A stretch of DNA of 64,000 nt from Geosiphon pyriformis uo1 (taxonomy: Eukaryota > Fungi > Glomeromycota). The notes under the pieces are model-generated. The model searched no databases and was not told where the DNA came from. It was given only the letters and a program-made list of their open reading frames with translations. The translations under genes were made by a program, and so were the position numbers. The DNA is taken from contig JAAOMT010000483.1 in NCBI GenBank assembly GCA_016748015.1, forward strand, positions 62,001-126,000, written 5' to 3'. The stretch's first letter is position 1. Every line of letters begins with the position of its first letter. This document shows positions 52,453 through 64,000 of the stretch, piece by piece.

Positions 52453-55400
52453 CTTCTTTCTCTCTTACTTCCAAAAACCCCAATGAGTTATTTTCTGAAA
52501 AAGAAGTTTTTGTTTTTTTCTTGTTAGTATTATATCAACATTTTTTTAACTAATAATTCTTTTGTCATGGATTTAGAGACTGCTTCTAGTGGCAGTATAT
52601 CAAAGAAAAAGACACCTAAAGGTGTTTTTCATGGTCCTGCTGGTGGTTTTTTTACTCAAAAGAAGAAAGTTATTCTTGAGAATGTCAAATATTCTGGCAA
52701 TGAATGGGACATCTCTCTAAAGTCTGGTTTTGGTAATAGTGCTTTTTCTGATGTGAAAAGCTTATCTGGTGATGAAAATAATGTTGATATGTCTGATGGT
52801 GATAATAGTTCTCTTTTGGGTTCAGCTGTTAATACTCTAAGGGCAAATAAATTAAGTACTGACATAGATTTTGGCTCCCCCCTCAGTTTCTCCAACTTCG
52901 CCATGGATGAAGAGATAAAATTTCTTCCACTTCCAATAAAGAAAGCCTTTTCTGATAGCAAATGGGTTGATCCTATTATCATCAAAACTCAAGTGGAAGT
53001 GTCTGTCAAAAAATTTTTTGCCTTGAATATCAATCTTTCAGCTATTGAAGACAAATTAATGATGGCAAAAACTCAATTAATCAGGAAAATTTTTTCAAAG
53101 ATCAATGATTTTGGGAGGGCCACTACCCCCTCAAAATTTGAAGAGATCATCTGATCAACGTTTATTTCTAAGGAGAGCATGAGGAAAGCTGTGTCATTGG
53201 CTGAAAAAAAAGAGATCATTGTAAACAACAATGTAAGGAAACAAGGGCTTTATTCAGATTGGGCTGTGGTGATCAAAAAAATTCCCATGAATACGCCTAA
53301 AGACATGATCATCACCACAGTCTCTGAGTTTGAGATAATTAAGTCGATCAAAATCCAGTTGGTTGGAATATGGTAGAAGACTGTGGTGGAATTCGCCAAT
53401 TCAGACCAGGCTGTGTAATTGGCTTCAAGATGGTTGTTCCTGATTGGGAAAGATTCCATTTGTGTGGCTATAGCTGTAAAAGATTGTGATACATGGGCTT
53501 TTAGGGATCAGTTTAAAACATTGTTGTTTACTTTGTCTGTGGGCACTACTACACATAATCTTGGTATACTCTTGAATGGAGCTGAAGGGAAAACTTGCAT
53601 CATCAACTGTTTATTGAAAACTGGCAATAGATTTCATTGTGCTGTAGTTGGCTTTGGATTTGTTGAGGAGTTGGAATCTGCTTTTCTCACTGAGCCTATT
53701 TTTAGTGGTGTTTGTCTTTCTTGGGCTAGGTTAGATTTGGTTTGGTGTGGGAAATGTGGCCGTTTTGGTTATTCGGCCCTTGAGTGTGATGTCTCTGTTG
53801 TTTCACCTCCTATATCTTCCAAGTTGTTAAAGAAACCTTTTCTTGGTATGGATTGTCTTTAGCTGGCAAGATTGTATGCCAAGAAAAATGTTCCTATCTC
53901 TCACCCTGTTGCCTTTGGCAGCAAATCTTGGGCCCAGGTGGTGTCTAATGCCTCATATTCTGGTGGCTTTCCTTTCAGTTCTGGTTTTCTCTCTGATGAC
54001 ATGCCTCTCTTTTTGGGCCCCTCTAGTCCTTAAGTTGTTGGTCTAAATGATTGTTTGGCAGTGTTAGAGTGCTCTTTAGAGATTCTTTTGAATCAAGTTT
54101 CTGTTATTCTTAAAAAATTGAGTTTTGTTGAACTGGTACTATTGGCATCTCCTTCTTGTGCTTCTCTTTTGGCTGTTTTTGTGCCTTTGGCTTCAGTTGT
54201 GGATTCAGATATGGCTTTGGACAATGTGTTGGCTTCGGTTGATCCTCTCTTTTTTGGTGGTGGTGAGTCTGCTGCTGTTCTCAGTTCAAGTGGTTCAAAG
54301 ATCTTTACCTCCAAGATGGGTGTTTTGGAATCTAAGATGTCTGCTCTAGAGGCTTCGTTCAGTTCAATCCTGGTGAGGTTAGATCTTCTGTGTTCTGGTT
54401 CGGGTTTGTCTTTGATCTCTTTACCCCAATGAGTGACTTGGTCTGAAAGATGGCTACATGTAATGTTCGTGGCATTAACATTCCTGCTAAACAAGAGGAT
54501 GTTGTGCATTGACATTTTGATTCTGGAAATTTGATTTCTATCATTATGGAAACAAAGTTAAAGTCTTCAACTAGACTATAGATTGCAAATAAATTTGACG
54601 GTGTGCGGATATTCTCTTTGGGTTTGAATAAGGGTTTTTATGGTGCTGGAGTGGTTATTATTATGGCCGACTCTTTGGCCTATCATGTCACTAAGATTAA
54701 GGAAGTTCTTAGTTGAGTCATAATGGTATATCTCTTATTTAAGGATAAGCTTTTGGTGTTTGTTATTGGTTTGTATGCAGATGTATCTTCTGGAACTCAT
54801 TTTGGTCAGGCTTCTGAAGTAAACTCTGTCATTGCTAAAGCTATTAACTCCAGCTGTTTTGTTGTTCTGGGTAAGAATTTCAATAAAAATAGATCTGGAA
54901 AAAGTGTGAGTTTCAAATTTTGTCTGGGTTGGGTTTGGTCAACTTGTTTGCTGGCCATCCTTTGGTCAGTGATTCTACATAAAGCAATTCTAGAAGGGTT
55001 AAAAAGACTATTGATTTCATTTTTGTTAGTAAAAGTTTGGCATCTGCTGTCGCTGGTTATAAAGTCAGTTCTATTTCTGACTTTTTTGACACTGATCACC
55101 ATGCAGTTTCTGTCTCTATTGGTTTGGGTGGCTTTTTAGACGGCCATTTGAATAGCTTGCACAAGCAGGCTAATAAAGATTGCTGGAAGTTTCTTATTAA
55201 GACTGCTGATGGGACCAAATGATCTCGGTTTAGGGACTGCTCTTCTGCCAAGCTTCTGGCTGTGTTTGGTGAGTTTTCAGATGCTCTGGCTCATGCTGAT
55301 ATGGATGGCATGTGGGTCTTTTTGGAAAAGGTGTTGGTAGACTCAGCAGATAGGATATTTTCGAGGCATTGGTTCAGTGAGTTTCAGTGCTTCAGGAACA

Positions 55401-58323
55401 AGCTTTCTTCTAGGTTTTTTAGGTTAGAACTGTTAGTTGTTAAAGTTGTTAAAGGACTGGAATTGGGCGATTTGCAAAGAGTCAATCAGCTTATCAATGT
55501 TTGGGCCAAACTGAATAGTGGTAAGGCTGCTATGATTGCCAATATGATCCAGATTGGTGGCAGGTCTTCAGATGTCTTAAGGCAATTGTCATTATTTTGG
55601 AAGAAGTACAGGAAATCCAAGATGTATGAGTCAAAGTTGGCTGAGGAAGCTTCTGTTTGGAAGGCCATTGAGTACTGCATGGAAAAATTTTGTTCTGATA
55701 AGGGTGTAATGATTAGAAGTGTGTTGGATTGGTCTTTTCACAAGATGGTTCTCAATCATTTGGTTGTTGGTGATGATTTGGTGCTGGAGCCAGACATGGT
55801 GAAACTTGGTGTTAATGAGATCATGGAAGGCTGAACTAAGAAAAAGACTGTGCCTTCAGTTGTGCCTGATGTCTGGGCTCATTAGTATGCTTTGTTGGAT
55901 TATGTAAAAGATGATACTTTTGCTGATGTGATGCACTTGATTGATATGAGCAAGTTGCTTTTGGTGGTTAACAATTTACCTGATGACAAGGCTACTGGTC
56001 TGTCTGATATTCCTAATGAGTTGTGGAAGCACTGTAATGACATAGTGTTAAAGTGTCTTTTGGGTTTGCTGAATTCGTGTTTGACTGTAGAGGATGTGCC
56101 TGTTTTGTGGAAAAGAGCTTGGATTTCTATGATCCCTAAACCTTATGACTGGGATGAGATTCTTATGAACATCTGACCTATTGCTTTGATCAAGACAGCT
56201 AAGAAGATTTTTTCTAAGATTTTGTTAGATTGTATTTTTTTGGCATGTAGGAAGTTTGGTGTTCTTCAAGGTGATAATTTTTTGGTACTAAAGGATACTT
56301 CTATGCAATCTTTGGTGTTTGCAATTGGATCTGTGGTCGAAGATGCTCTTGAGAAGAACAGGGAGGTTTGGTTAGTCTTGCAGGATATGTGCAAAGCATA
56401 TGACTCAGTTGGATGGCACAACTTGAGGGTGAGCCTGCAGCATATCAAGATGTGTAAGAAATTTGTGTCATTTTTTGGTAACATCCATAAGAATAGAGTT
56501 AACAGACTTTGGGCTTTCAAATAGTTATGTAGTGTGTGATGGGCTGGATCAGAGTAAGGTTTTCTCACCTCTTTTGTGGAGGATTTTTTACGATCCACTT
56601 CTGTATGAGGTTAAAAGGCATGAACAATTTTTTGGATACCAGTTGGATTCCAAGTTTATTTCAAAATCTGGCCATATTGGGGGCAGTCGTGAATTCTCTT
56701 CTTATTTTGCAGCTAGTGCTTTTGTTGATAATACAATCTGAGTTGGGAATTGTTGAACTGTTACTCAGAATATTTTGGACATTGCAAGTGGGTTTTTTGC
56801 TCTTAATGACATCTCTATCAACAATGAAAAGACTGTGGTCATTCCAATCAACCAGGGTGTTAAGGTTGTGTTTTTATGTATTAGTGGTCTTCCCATCTCA
56901 ATCGCTAAGAAAGGTAAGGCTCATCATTATCTGGAAATCTTTTTGTCTACTAATGAGCTTTCAAAGCCAAGTCTGGCCAAGGCACATTCTGATATATGTT
57001 TTTTTTCTAATGTGGTTCTTAGAAAGGCTATTACTGATAAACAGTTCTTGTATTTGGTGTCAGCCATCTTACAGCCTATTGTCAGCTATCACACTCAATT
57101 TAGCTTTGTTTCATTGTCTATATATTGCAAATAGGATGTGATGTTGAGGAAAAGTTTTAAGTCCAAAGCTGGTTTGGCTCATGATTTCCCCACTGAGGCT
57201 TTGTGTCATTCTTTTTTGTATGGCCTAAAATCTTTTGAGCAGGTGCAGTCTGAAGGAAAGTTGGCTGCCTTGATCTCATTTTCCAATTTTTTTGGTATTC
57301 TTGGATGTTTGTTTGAGCATAGGTTTCTTGATTTGCAGGTTCTGGAGTGGTCTCTTCTGAACCCTTTACAGTTTTCTGTTAGGTTGTGTGTTAGTTCTGT
57401 GAACAATTTTCTGGCTGGTGTGGTTAGAATTTTTCTGTGTAATGAGCTGTCTCTGGTCAATAATTTGCCCAATGCATTCTATAGTTCTGGTTATTTTCCT
57501 GTGTCTTCTATTCTGGGGAGTTCTCTATTCTTCAATTCTGTTTATTCATTGAAGTGGTTTGGTGTGGCTTTTGGTAATAAACTGTTTGACAAAAAAGGGT
57601 GTGTTATGAGTTGGAAGACTTTTAGGCATTGAAAAAGACTGGATCCAAAGGGTTCTGCTTCTCACTGGTTTAGGGTGGTGTTTGAGTTTCTTTGTGGTAG
57701 GGGCACTTTCTTGGCTGCCTCTGTGGGGTTTACTTGTTTTTCTGGTTTAAGCGTCTTAGATACCAAGAAGTTTTCTGTTGTTCAAGATGGGTTGCATAGA
57801 ATTTGGTCTGGTTTTTTTGAAGCTTTTATGGATGATTCTGTTAGGAATTATGGTCATGCTGATGTTGCCAGTAGGGCAGCTGCTTATTTTCCTGCTCTTG
57901 ATTTAAGTATTGGCATTAGAGTTCTTAGGCTGTTGTCTTTTACTATGGCAGAACTGCAGGCCATTGCTTTGGCATTAGAATGTGTTCCTTCTTCTTGTAC
58001 TGTAGTATTGCATTCTGATAATCAAACGGCCATTGATGCATGCATTTCTGAGATGTCATTATCTGTGCCTGATTTCCACTCTTCATGTTGGTTGGAGAGG
58101 CACCGGATTTTTAATTTAGGACTTTTCTGTGTGATGGGTCAAGGTTAAGGGACATTCTGGAGTTCATGGCAATGTTAGAATAGATGCAGCTGCTAGAGAT
58201 GCTGCTTTCTCCCAGTTTTTTTTGTCTATTGGTGTCCATAAGCATTTTCTGGTTGCTGAGAACACACCTGTGTTTAGCAATGCTCATTATTTTGTTTGGG
58301 ATTTGTATAAATCCATTTGTCAT
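52453..58323 (+). mobile_element. LINE related to the 8409 element; 5'-complete, interrupted after RNase H by a Gypsy insertion
   Basis: 5' end CTTCTTTCTC; ORF1 52567-54432 in one frame with stops; ORF2 from 54429 with APE, RT and RNase H remnants; homology stops abruptly at TGTTA 58324. Confidence 0.9.
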
Positions 58324-58945
58324 TGTTACCAAAGGTTTTTAGTCTCTTTTCTTAAATGTTGTTGATGTCTGTTTGCTGTGAATTCCTGTTTTCTGGATGT
58401 GATTGAACCTCCAGTAACTGAATTTATCTTCAAATTATTTTCTATAATTTGAACTGCTGGGCTTATAAGTGGAATGGCCAATTCTATGCCAGTTACTTTG
58501 TATAGTTATGTTGTAGTAAATGTCAACTCTTTTCCAGAAATTGCTCATCTGGAAGCTCACTAAAAATGTATAGTTACTTTGCTGTGAAAGTCAACTCTTC
58601 TACAGGAATTCTTGTCTGTAGACTACCCAAATAATTTATAATAAGAAAAGAAAGAGAATAAAAAAAATGTAAAAGAAAAAGTAAAACTGATGATTTATGA
58701 AAGTCATTTCGGATCCAGATCTGGAAGTGCTTTTAACAGTCTACTGAAATTAGTAGCTAGTCAATTTCAAACTGTTAGTAGGAATTGGTTAATTTCAAGA
58801 GAAATAATTTAAGGATTTGGTTTTTCAAATTATTTGATATTTATTTTGTCTTTTGTGTGTAAAGAATGATTCTAATTGTTAAATCTGAAGTAAGATACAT
58901 TTTCTGAAAGAGAGACACTCTTTTTTTATACAACTTGTCATAACA
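58324..58945 (-). repeat. 3' LTR (family B) of the Gypsy element
   Basis: TGTTA...TAACA termini; related copy at ~15160-15874. Confidence 0.7.
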
Positions 58946-60129
58946 CTATTTTATGAACTCAAACTTTGCTATTTTCTACAATTTTGCTGAACTAAAAATA
59001 CATTTCAGCGAATTACAAGTTATTTCTGCAAACTATTAGATATTTCAGTAAACTATCAATTATTTTGATGAATTTCTACAAATTTCGGCAAACTTTTTGA
59101 ATGTTACATAGTTCGGGGTATTGCATAATTGATCATTGCAATTAGGTTACATTTGTGTCATATACAAATTGAGTTATTAATTAAATGATAATTTTGGACA
59201 TTTTGCTAATGTAATAAGTAATAATTTGAAATGATAATATATGTTAATTAATGATGAGAATTATAACAATAATTTCATGCTAAATAATATCTCTAATTTT
59301 GTCTGGTAACATAACCTCCTCCTCAAGACTGAGCTCCATCAAAGTCCAAGTACTGTCTGTAATTTCCAGATAATAATCCAAAATTATTGAAGAAATTTGG
59401 TCTGAAAATTGTTGAAATTTCAGTTCTGTAAGCTTTCCAATGTATTGAATCTTTAAAAGTTGTAAAATTGGGTTTTGTAAGACGTTTTTACAGACATAGA
59501 ATAGGTCATAAAGTCTAAGAGCCACTCTTAGTTTATAATAACTGTTTGTAGGTCCAGCTGTTGTCTTGAATTTATTGTGGAGTTGTTTTCAAATAGCTTC
59601 TTTTGTGAGGTTTGCTGCTGTAAGCTTCTATTTTCATTCATAAAGTGTTTTTCCAATGTAGAAATATCTATATATTGGAGTATAGTCATAGTTTTCTTCA
59701 TTAAGACACAGTTGAAGTTTTTGTTGAATAGTAGCATTCGGTAGAATACTAATAGGAATAAGCATTAAGTTTTTTCTTAAAGCAAGCTTTAAAAGTTCTG
59801 GCAGGTGAATTCCAGAATAACTTCTTGTGTTTTTCTTATATGAGTAATATTTTCATGAATTTAGGGCTAAATTTGTGACTACTTCTGTTTGGGTATAATT
59901 AATGTGGTTTCCAGTAACAGTAATAGATAATTTGAGTATTGTTTTTAAAGCTAACATTAGTTTTTGGGATAATTGTTGAATGTTTTGAGAAATAGTCATT
60001 ATAAGAGATTTGAAAATAAAAGAAAATTATTTTTGGTGTATGGGTTTTTATGTTATTTTTGTTTTGTTTTTGTGAGATTGTTTCTAAATTATAAGAAAAT
60101 AACTATAATAATAAATTTAAATTAAGTGT

Positions 60130-61507
60130 TCAAGTTGGGAGGTTGTTTAATGTCAACTATTGGTTCTAAATTCCGGGGAATATCTTCGGGATTAATTAAA
60201 GGGAAATGTGTGCCAATTTGTGGAATTAATGGTTCAGGATTGTTTCTGGAATTATAGTGTTTCAAACGATCTCCATGTGCAGCTTTTACTAGGATTTTGT
60301 TATCAAGTCTTAGCTTGTATAATCCGTTGCCTAGAATTTTATGGATTAAGAATGGTCCATCCCATTTATTTTCAAATTTTTCACTCCATTGTTTTTCAGC
60401 TTTAGTTTTGTGTAAGAGAACTTTATTTCCAACTTTAAATTTGTTGGTAATAGATAGTAATTTGTTGTCATGTCTTTCTTTTTGTTGAGCTTAAAAATGT
60501 TCAATATGAGTTGCTGTTATTTGTCGTTTTCCTTCCAATGTGCTAAGCAGAGTATAGGCTCTTCATTGTAGTGTTTTCTGAAAATTGTTTTTATTGATTG
60601 GTTGTGCTGGGTATGTTTCCACTGTGAAACTAATTGGTAATGTTGCTGTTCTTTCATAAGTTAAATCAAATAGTATGTGTTTTGTGGTATCTTGTTTTAG
60701 TGTTTTATATACTAGTAACACTGATAGAATAAAGATATCCCACTCTTGCTCAAAATTGGTTGAGACTTTGGCTAATGACTCACACAATGTTTTGTTAAAA
60801 CATTCCACAAGTCTATTTGTTTATGGATGGTAGGGCGAAGACAGAGGTCTTTTGATATTGAATCATTCGCAAATTTCTTGTATTAGGTTGTTCACAAAGT
60901 GTGTTCTCTGATCAGATAAAAGTTTAATTGGACATCTGTGTCTACAAATGATGTCTTCATAGATGAAATTTGCTACTGATTTCGCATCTGCTCATTGAAT
61001 GGCTCTGGCTTCAGGCCATTTAGTAAGATAGTCTACAGCTACTGCAATATAATGGTTTCCTTGAGTGGTAATAGATAGTGGTCCGACTAAATTGATACCA
61101 ACTCAGTCGAAAGGTTGTTCCACTTTGATTAGATTTAATAGTTCAGTAGGGCATGTTCCTCCTCTTCTTTGACAACTATCACAAGATTTGACATATTCGT
61201 GAATGTTTTTTTTTATTCGAGGCCAAAAGTAGTATTCTAGTGTTCTTTAAGTGGTGCTGTCTTTTCCAAAGTGTGTTAATGAAGGATCTGAATGCATGTT
61301 GTATAATATAGTCATTTTTTTCTGTTCTTGTATTAATCTAAGTGGTTTGTCTGGGTTTTTGAAATTTTGATGATAAATAATGTTGTTGTGTAGAAAATAT
61401 TGTTTGGCTTGTTGTTGTAGTTGATGTTTTTCATCTGGAGACCAATCTGTTGGGATTGTTAATGTTTCTAAATATTGTTTAAGATTGTTGTAGTTTTCCG
61501 AATTCAT
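60130..61507 (-). pseudogene. Gypsy integrase
   Basis: HSDP..HFG, CDSCQRR, LVGPL, SDQ, ECFNKTL, KWDGPF. Confidence 0.85.
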
Positions 61508-61558
61508 TGTTTGTTGGCTGTTTTGGTTGGTTAAGTTGAGTGTTGGTTTTTGTGTTTT

Positions 61559-62962
61559 CTAATTTTGTCTCATTCTGGAGAGACAGTCAACATTGGTGTG
61601 GAGTTTTCCTGGTTTGTGATGTACTATGTATTGATAGTTTACTAGAAATCTTATCCATTGGATTTGTTTTGCATTCAGCTGAGTATTTTTGTTCTGAAGC
61701 CATTTAAGTCCAATATTATCAGTGATAATATCGAATTCTTTAGGCCTGAGATAAAGGTTGAAGTAGTGTAGGGCCCAAATTATGGCTGCTGTTTCTAGTT
61801 CTGTAACAAGATAGTTTTTCTCGGCTGGTTTTAATGTTCTGCTAGCATAAGTGATTATTTGCTCATTTCCATTGTCATCTAATTGTGATAAGATGGCACC
61901 AAAGGCAGTATAAGAGGCATCTGTTGCTAATCGGAATTGGTTGCTAAAATCTGGGTAGGTGAGAATTGGAGCTGTCGTTGGTTTTTCTTTGAGGATTTCA
62001 AATGCATTTTGGCATTCAGCAGTCCATTTGTATTTGACATTTTTGGTGGTAAGCTGGTTAAGAAGTTTTGTGATTTCTGAGAATCCTTTAATAAACTTCC
62101 GATAGTAGGAGGCTAACCCTACGAATTCTCTTAGTTCTGTAGTGTTTTGAGGAGTTTTGAAGTTTTTAACAGTGCTGATTTTTCCAGAGTCTGGTTTGAT
62201 TCTATCTTTATTAATAATATGACCAAGGAAGGCCAAGCTTGTTTTTCCAAAGTAGCATTTTTCAATGTTAAGTTTTAGTCCTGCTTTTTGTAATCATTGA
62301 AAAACTTTTCACAGATGTTTTAAGTATAATTCGAACAATAGAGAATAAACATCAGTATTGTCAAGATAAATGACTATTGACTTCCAAAGGAGCCCTTGGT
62401 ACACAACATCCATTAATTTCTAAAACATTGTTGATGCATTACATAATCCGAAGAGCATTACATTGAACTCGTAATTTCCACTTTGAGTGGTGAATGCTGT
62501 TTTGAGGCAATCTTTGAGATCCATAGCAACTTGCCAGTAACCGCTTTCTAAATCTAGTGTTGAAAAGTATTTGGATTTTCCAAGAGCATCTAACATGTCA
62601 TTAATTCGGGGAAGGAGGTAGGCATCTCCAATTGTAACATTATTAAGTTGTTGATAGTCAACACAAAATTGTATCTTTCCATTTTTCTTATTAACTAGCA
62701 CTACAGATGAAGCCCAAGGACTTATGGAGAGTTGGATGAACCCATTGTTAAGCATTTGTTGTACTTCTTCTCGGATAAATTGGTGGCTTTTTGGAGCAAC
62801 TCGATATGCTTGTTGTCTTCTTGGTTTGGCATCTCTTGTATAAATTTGGTGTTGGACCAAATTGGTTTTTTCTAAGTTATTGTTGTTTTCAGCAAAGATA
62901 TCAGCAAATTCTGCAATTAGCTCTTTGAGCTGGTTTTGTTGTTGTGGTTCAAGTTGTCTCAT
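61559..62962 (-). pseudogene. Gypsy reverse transcriptase and RNase H
   Basis: FCVDY, LDLESGYWQ, KTAF, FLGH, TDAS, YASRTL. Confidence 0.9.
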
Positions 62963-63399
62963 GTTGATTCGAGATAGTTTTTCTATAACAACATGGTAGT
63001 TTTTAAAGCTAGGGTTTGGGTTGATTTTTGGTAGTAAATGTCTAATAATTTCTGAAAAATTGGGAACTGTCTGGAGTAGTTCTTGTTGAAAGATGTTACT
63101 GTGAATGACTCCAATTTTTAAATTATTTAATAGAACTATGGGGTAATTGTTGGAATTGTAAAAAGTAACTCAGACTTTCTTTGTTCCTTCTGGAATATAA
63201 ATGTTTGGGATTGAAATATTATGTTCCAAGCAGACTTGTTTATTGGACTCAAAAATTTGTTGTGTGGTTGTTGGCTTTGGGCAGATGTAGATTTCTGGAT
63301 GTTCTCAAAAAAGTGAGATGATAATTGGTTGTGGAAGTCTGAGAATCTGGTGGGATTTGTTTTGTGTGTTAAAAGCTATATTAACTGGAACTGTGAATC

Positions 63400-63800
63400 G
63401 TCCAGTTGAACCAAAACCTTGGGTTCCTCTATCACTTTTTCCTAATTGTTCTCTTTGATTGACTAGTTGCAAACCTGAAATGTTGATTAAAGGTAGGTAA
63501 ATAGCTTGGGCAATTTTTTCAGCATGGTCGATCTTAAATGGTTTGTCAGTTTCATTTTGAAGTATTACTGTAATGTTTCCAGTATATCTAGCATCAATTA
63601 TTCCTCCTCTGACATTAATTCTTTTGCTTGTCAGAGAAAACTGGAAGGCGATTTGAACCATTGCTCCTGGCAGGATTTCAAGTGCAATTTTGAGATTGAT
63701 TTTTGTGAGAGATTTGGGTTTGAAAACAAGAGTATTCTTGTCTGGATATTTTAGGTCATATCTAGCATCAATTTTATGTGTTTTTTCGGGTTTTATTCCT
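63400..63800 (-). pseudogene. Retroelement-encoded trimeric dUTPase
   Basis: Motif 1 DARYDL, motif 3 GGIIDARYTG, motif 4 KIAQ, motif 5 RGTQGFGSTG. Confidence 0.9.
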
Positions 63801-64000
63801 TGTCCATTGTTGTTAAAGTATTTGAGTTATAAGGCAGACTGACTTTCGATAAGATAGATGGGTGTTGTTTCAATTTCTTCTGTTGCTTCAGATTCTCCAA
63901 ATTCAATTTCGTTTTCATCGTTTTTATTGGGCAAGGGAATGCTAAGAGCATAGCATTTAGGACACCATTGCTCATTGCAGGGTATTATGCATTCTTCACA

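Larger units (their letters stand above)
58324..64000 (-). mobile_element. Ty3/Gypsy LTR retrotransposon (dUTPase, RT, RNase H, integrase, extra ORF, 3' LTR); continues beyond the window
   Basis: RT KTAF, YLD; RNase H TDAS, YASR, ELE; integrase HHCC, DDE remnants and GPF; dUTPase motifs; many stops. Confidence 0.93.

Overview
Eukaryotic, AT-rich fungal DNA with short GT-AG introns; gene content and TE types suggest a Glomeromycotina/Mucoromycota fungus, possibly Geosiphon-like (inference). The window has three compartments. (1) About 1-18.9 kb is nested, decayed retroelements: Ty3/Gypsy relics, LTRs, a full-length RNase H-bearing LINE with TSD, and two copies of a ~2.3 kb element encoding only an ORF1-like protein. 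(2) About 19-50.8 kb is a compact island of 13 host genes, mostly in alternating head-to-head and tail-to-tail pairs: SpoU-like MTase, USP35/38-like DUB, ADI1, NUDT19-like, UPRTase, SRP19, NOP15, URC1/urg1, GCDH, PLD, a hypothetical gene, a Sel1-repeat Dsf2/Nif1-like gene, and ATG7. (3) About 51-64 kb is a second LINE interrupted by a dUTPase-carrying Gypsy element. The best candidate for an undescribed system is the TSD-flanked, poly(A)-tailed ORF1-only retroelement (HAL1-like). Its ORF1 is highly diverged from that of the neighbouring LINE, yet it shares the LINE's 3' stem-loop tail. Also notable: a decayed Fanzor/TnpB fragment with a candidate omegaRNA end, linked uracil-catabolism genes (UPRT + URC1), a 9-nt micro-exon carrying a PLD catalytic His, and pervasive C>T/G>A decay of repeats. 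All calls were made by eye; intron boundaries and some termini are approximate.
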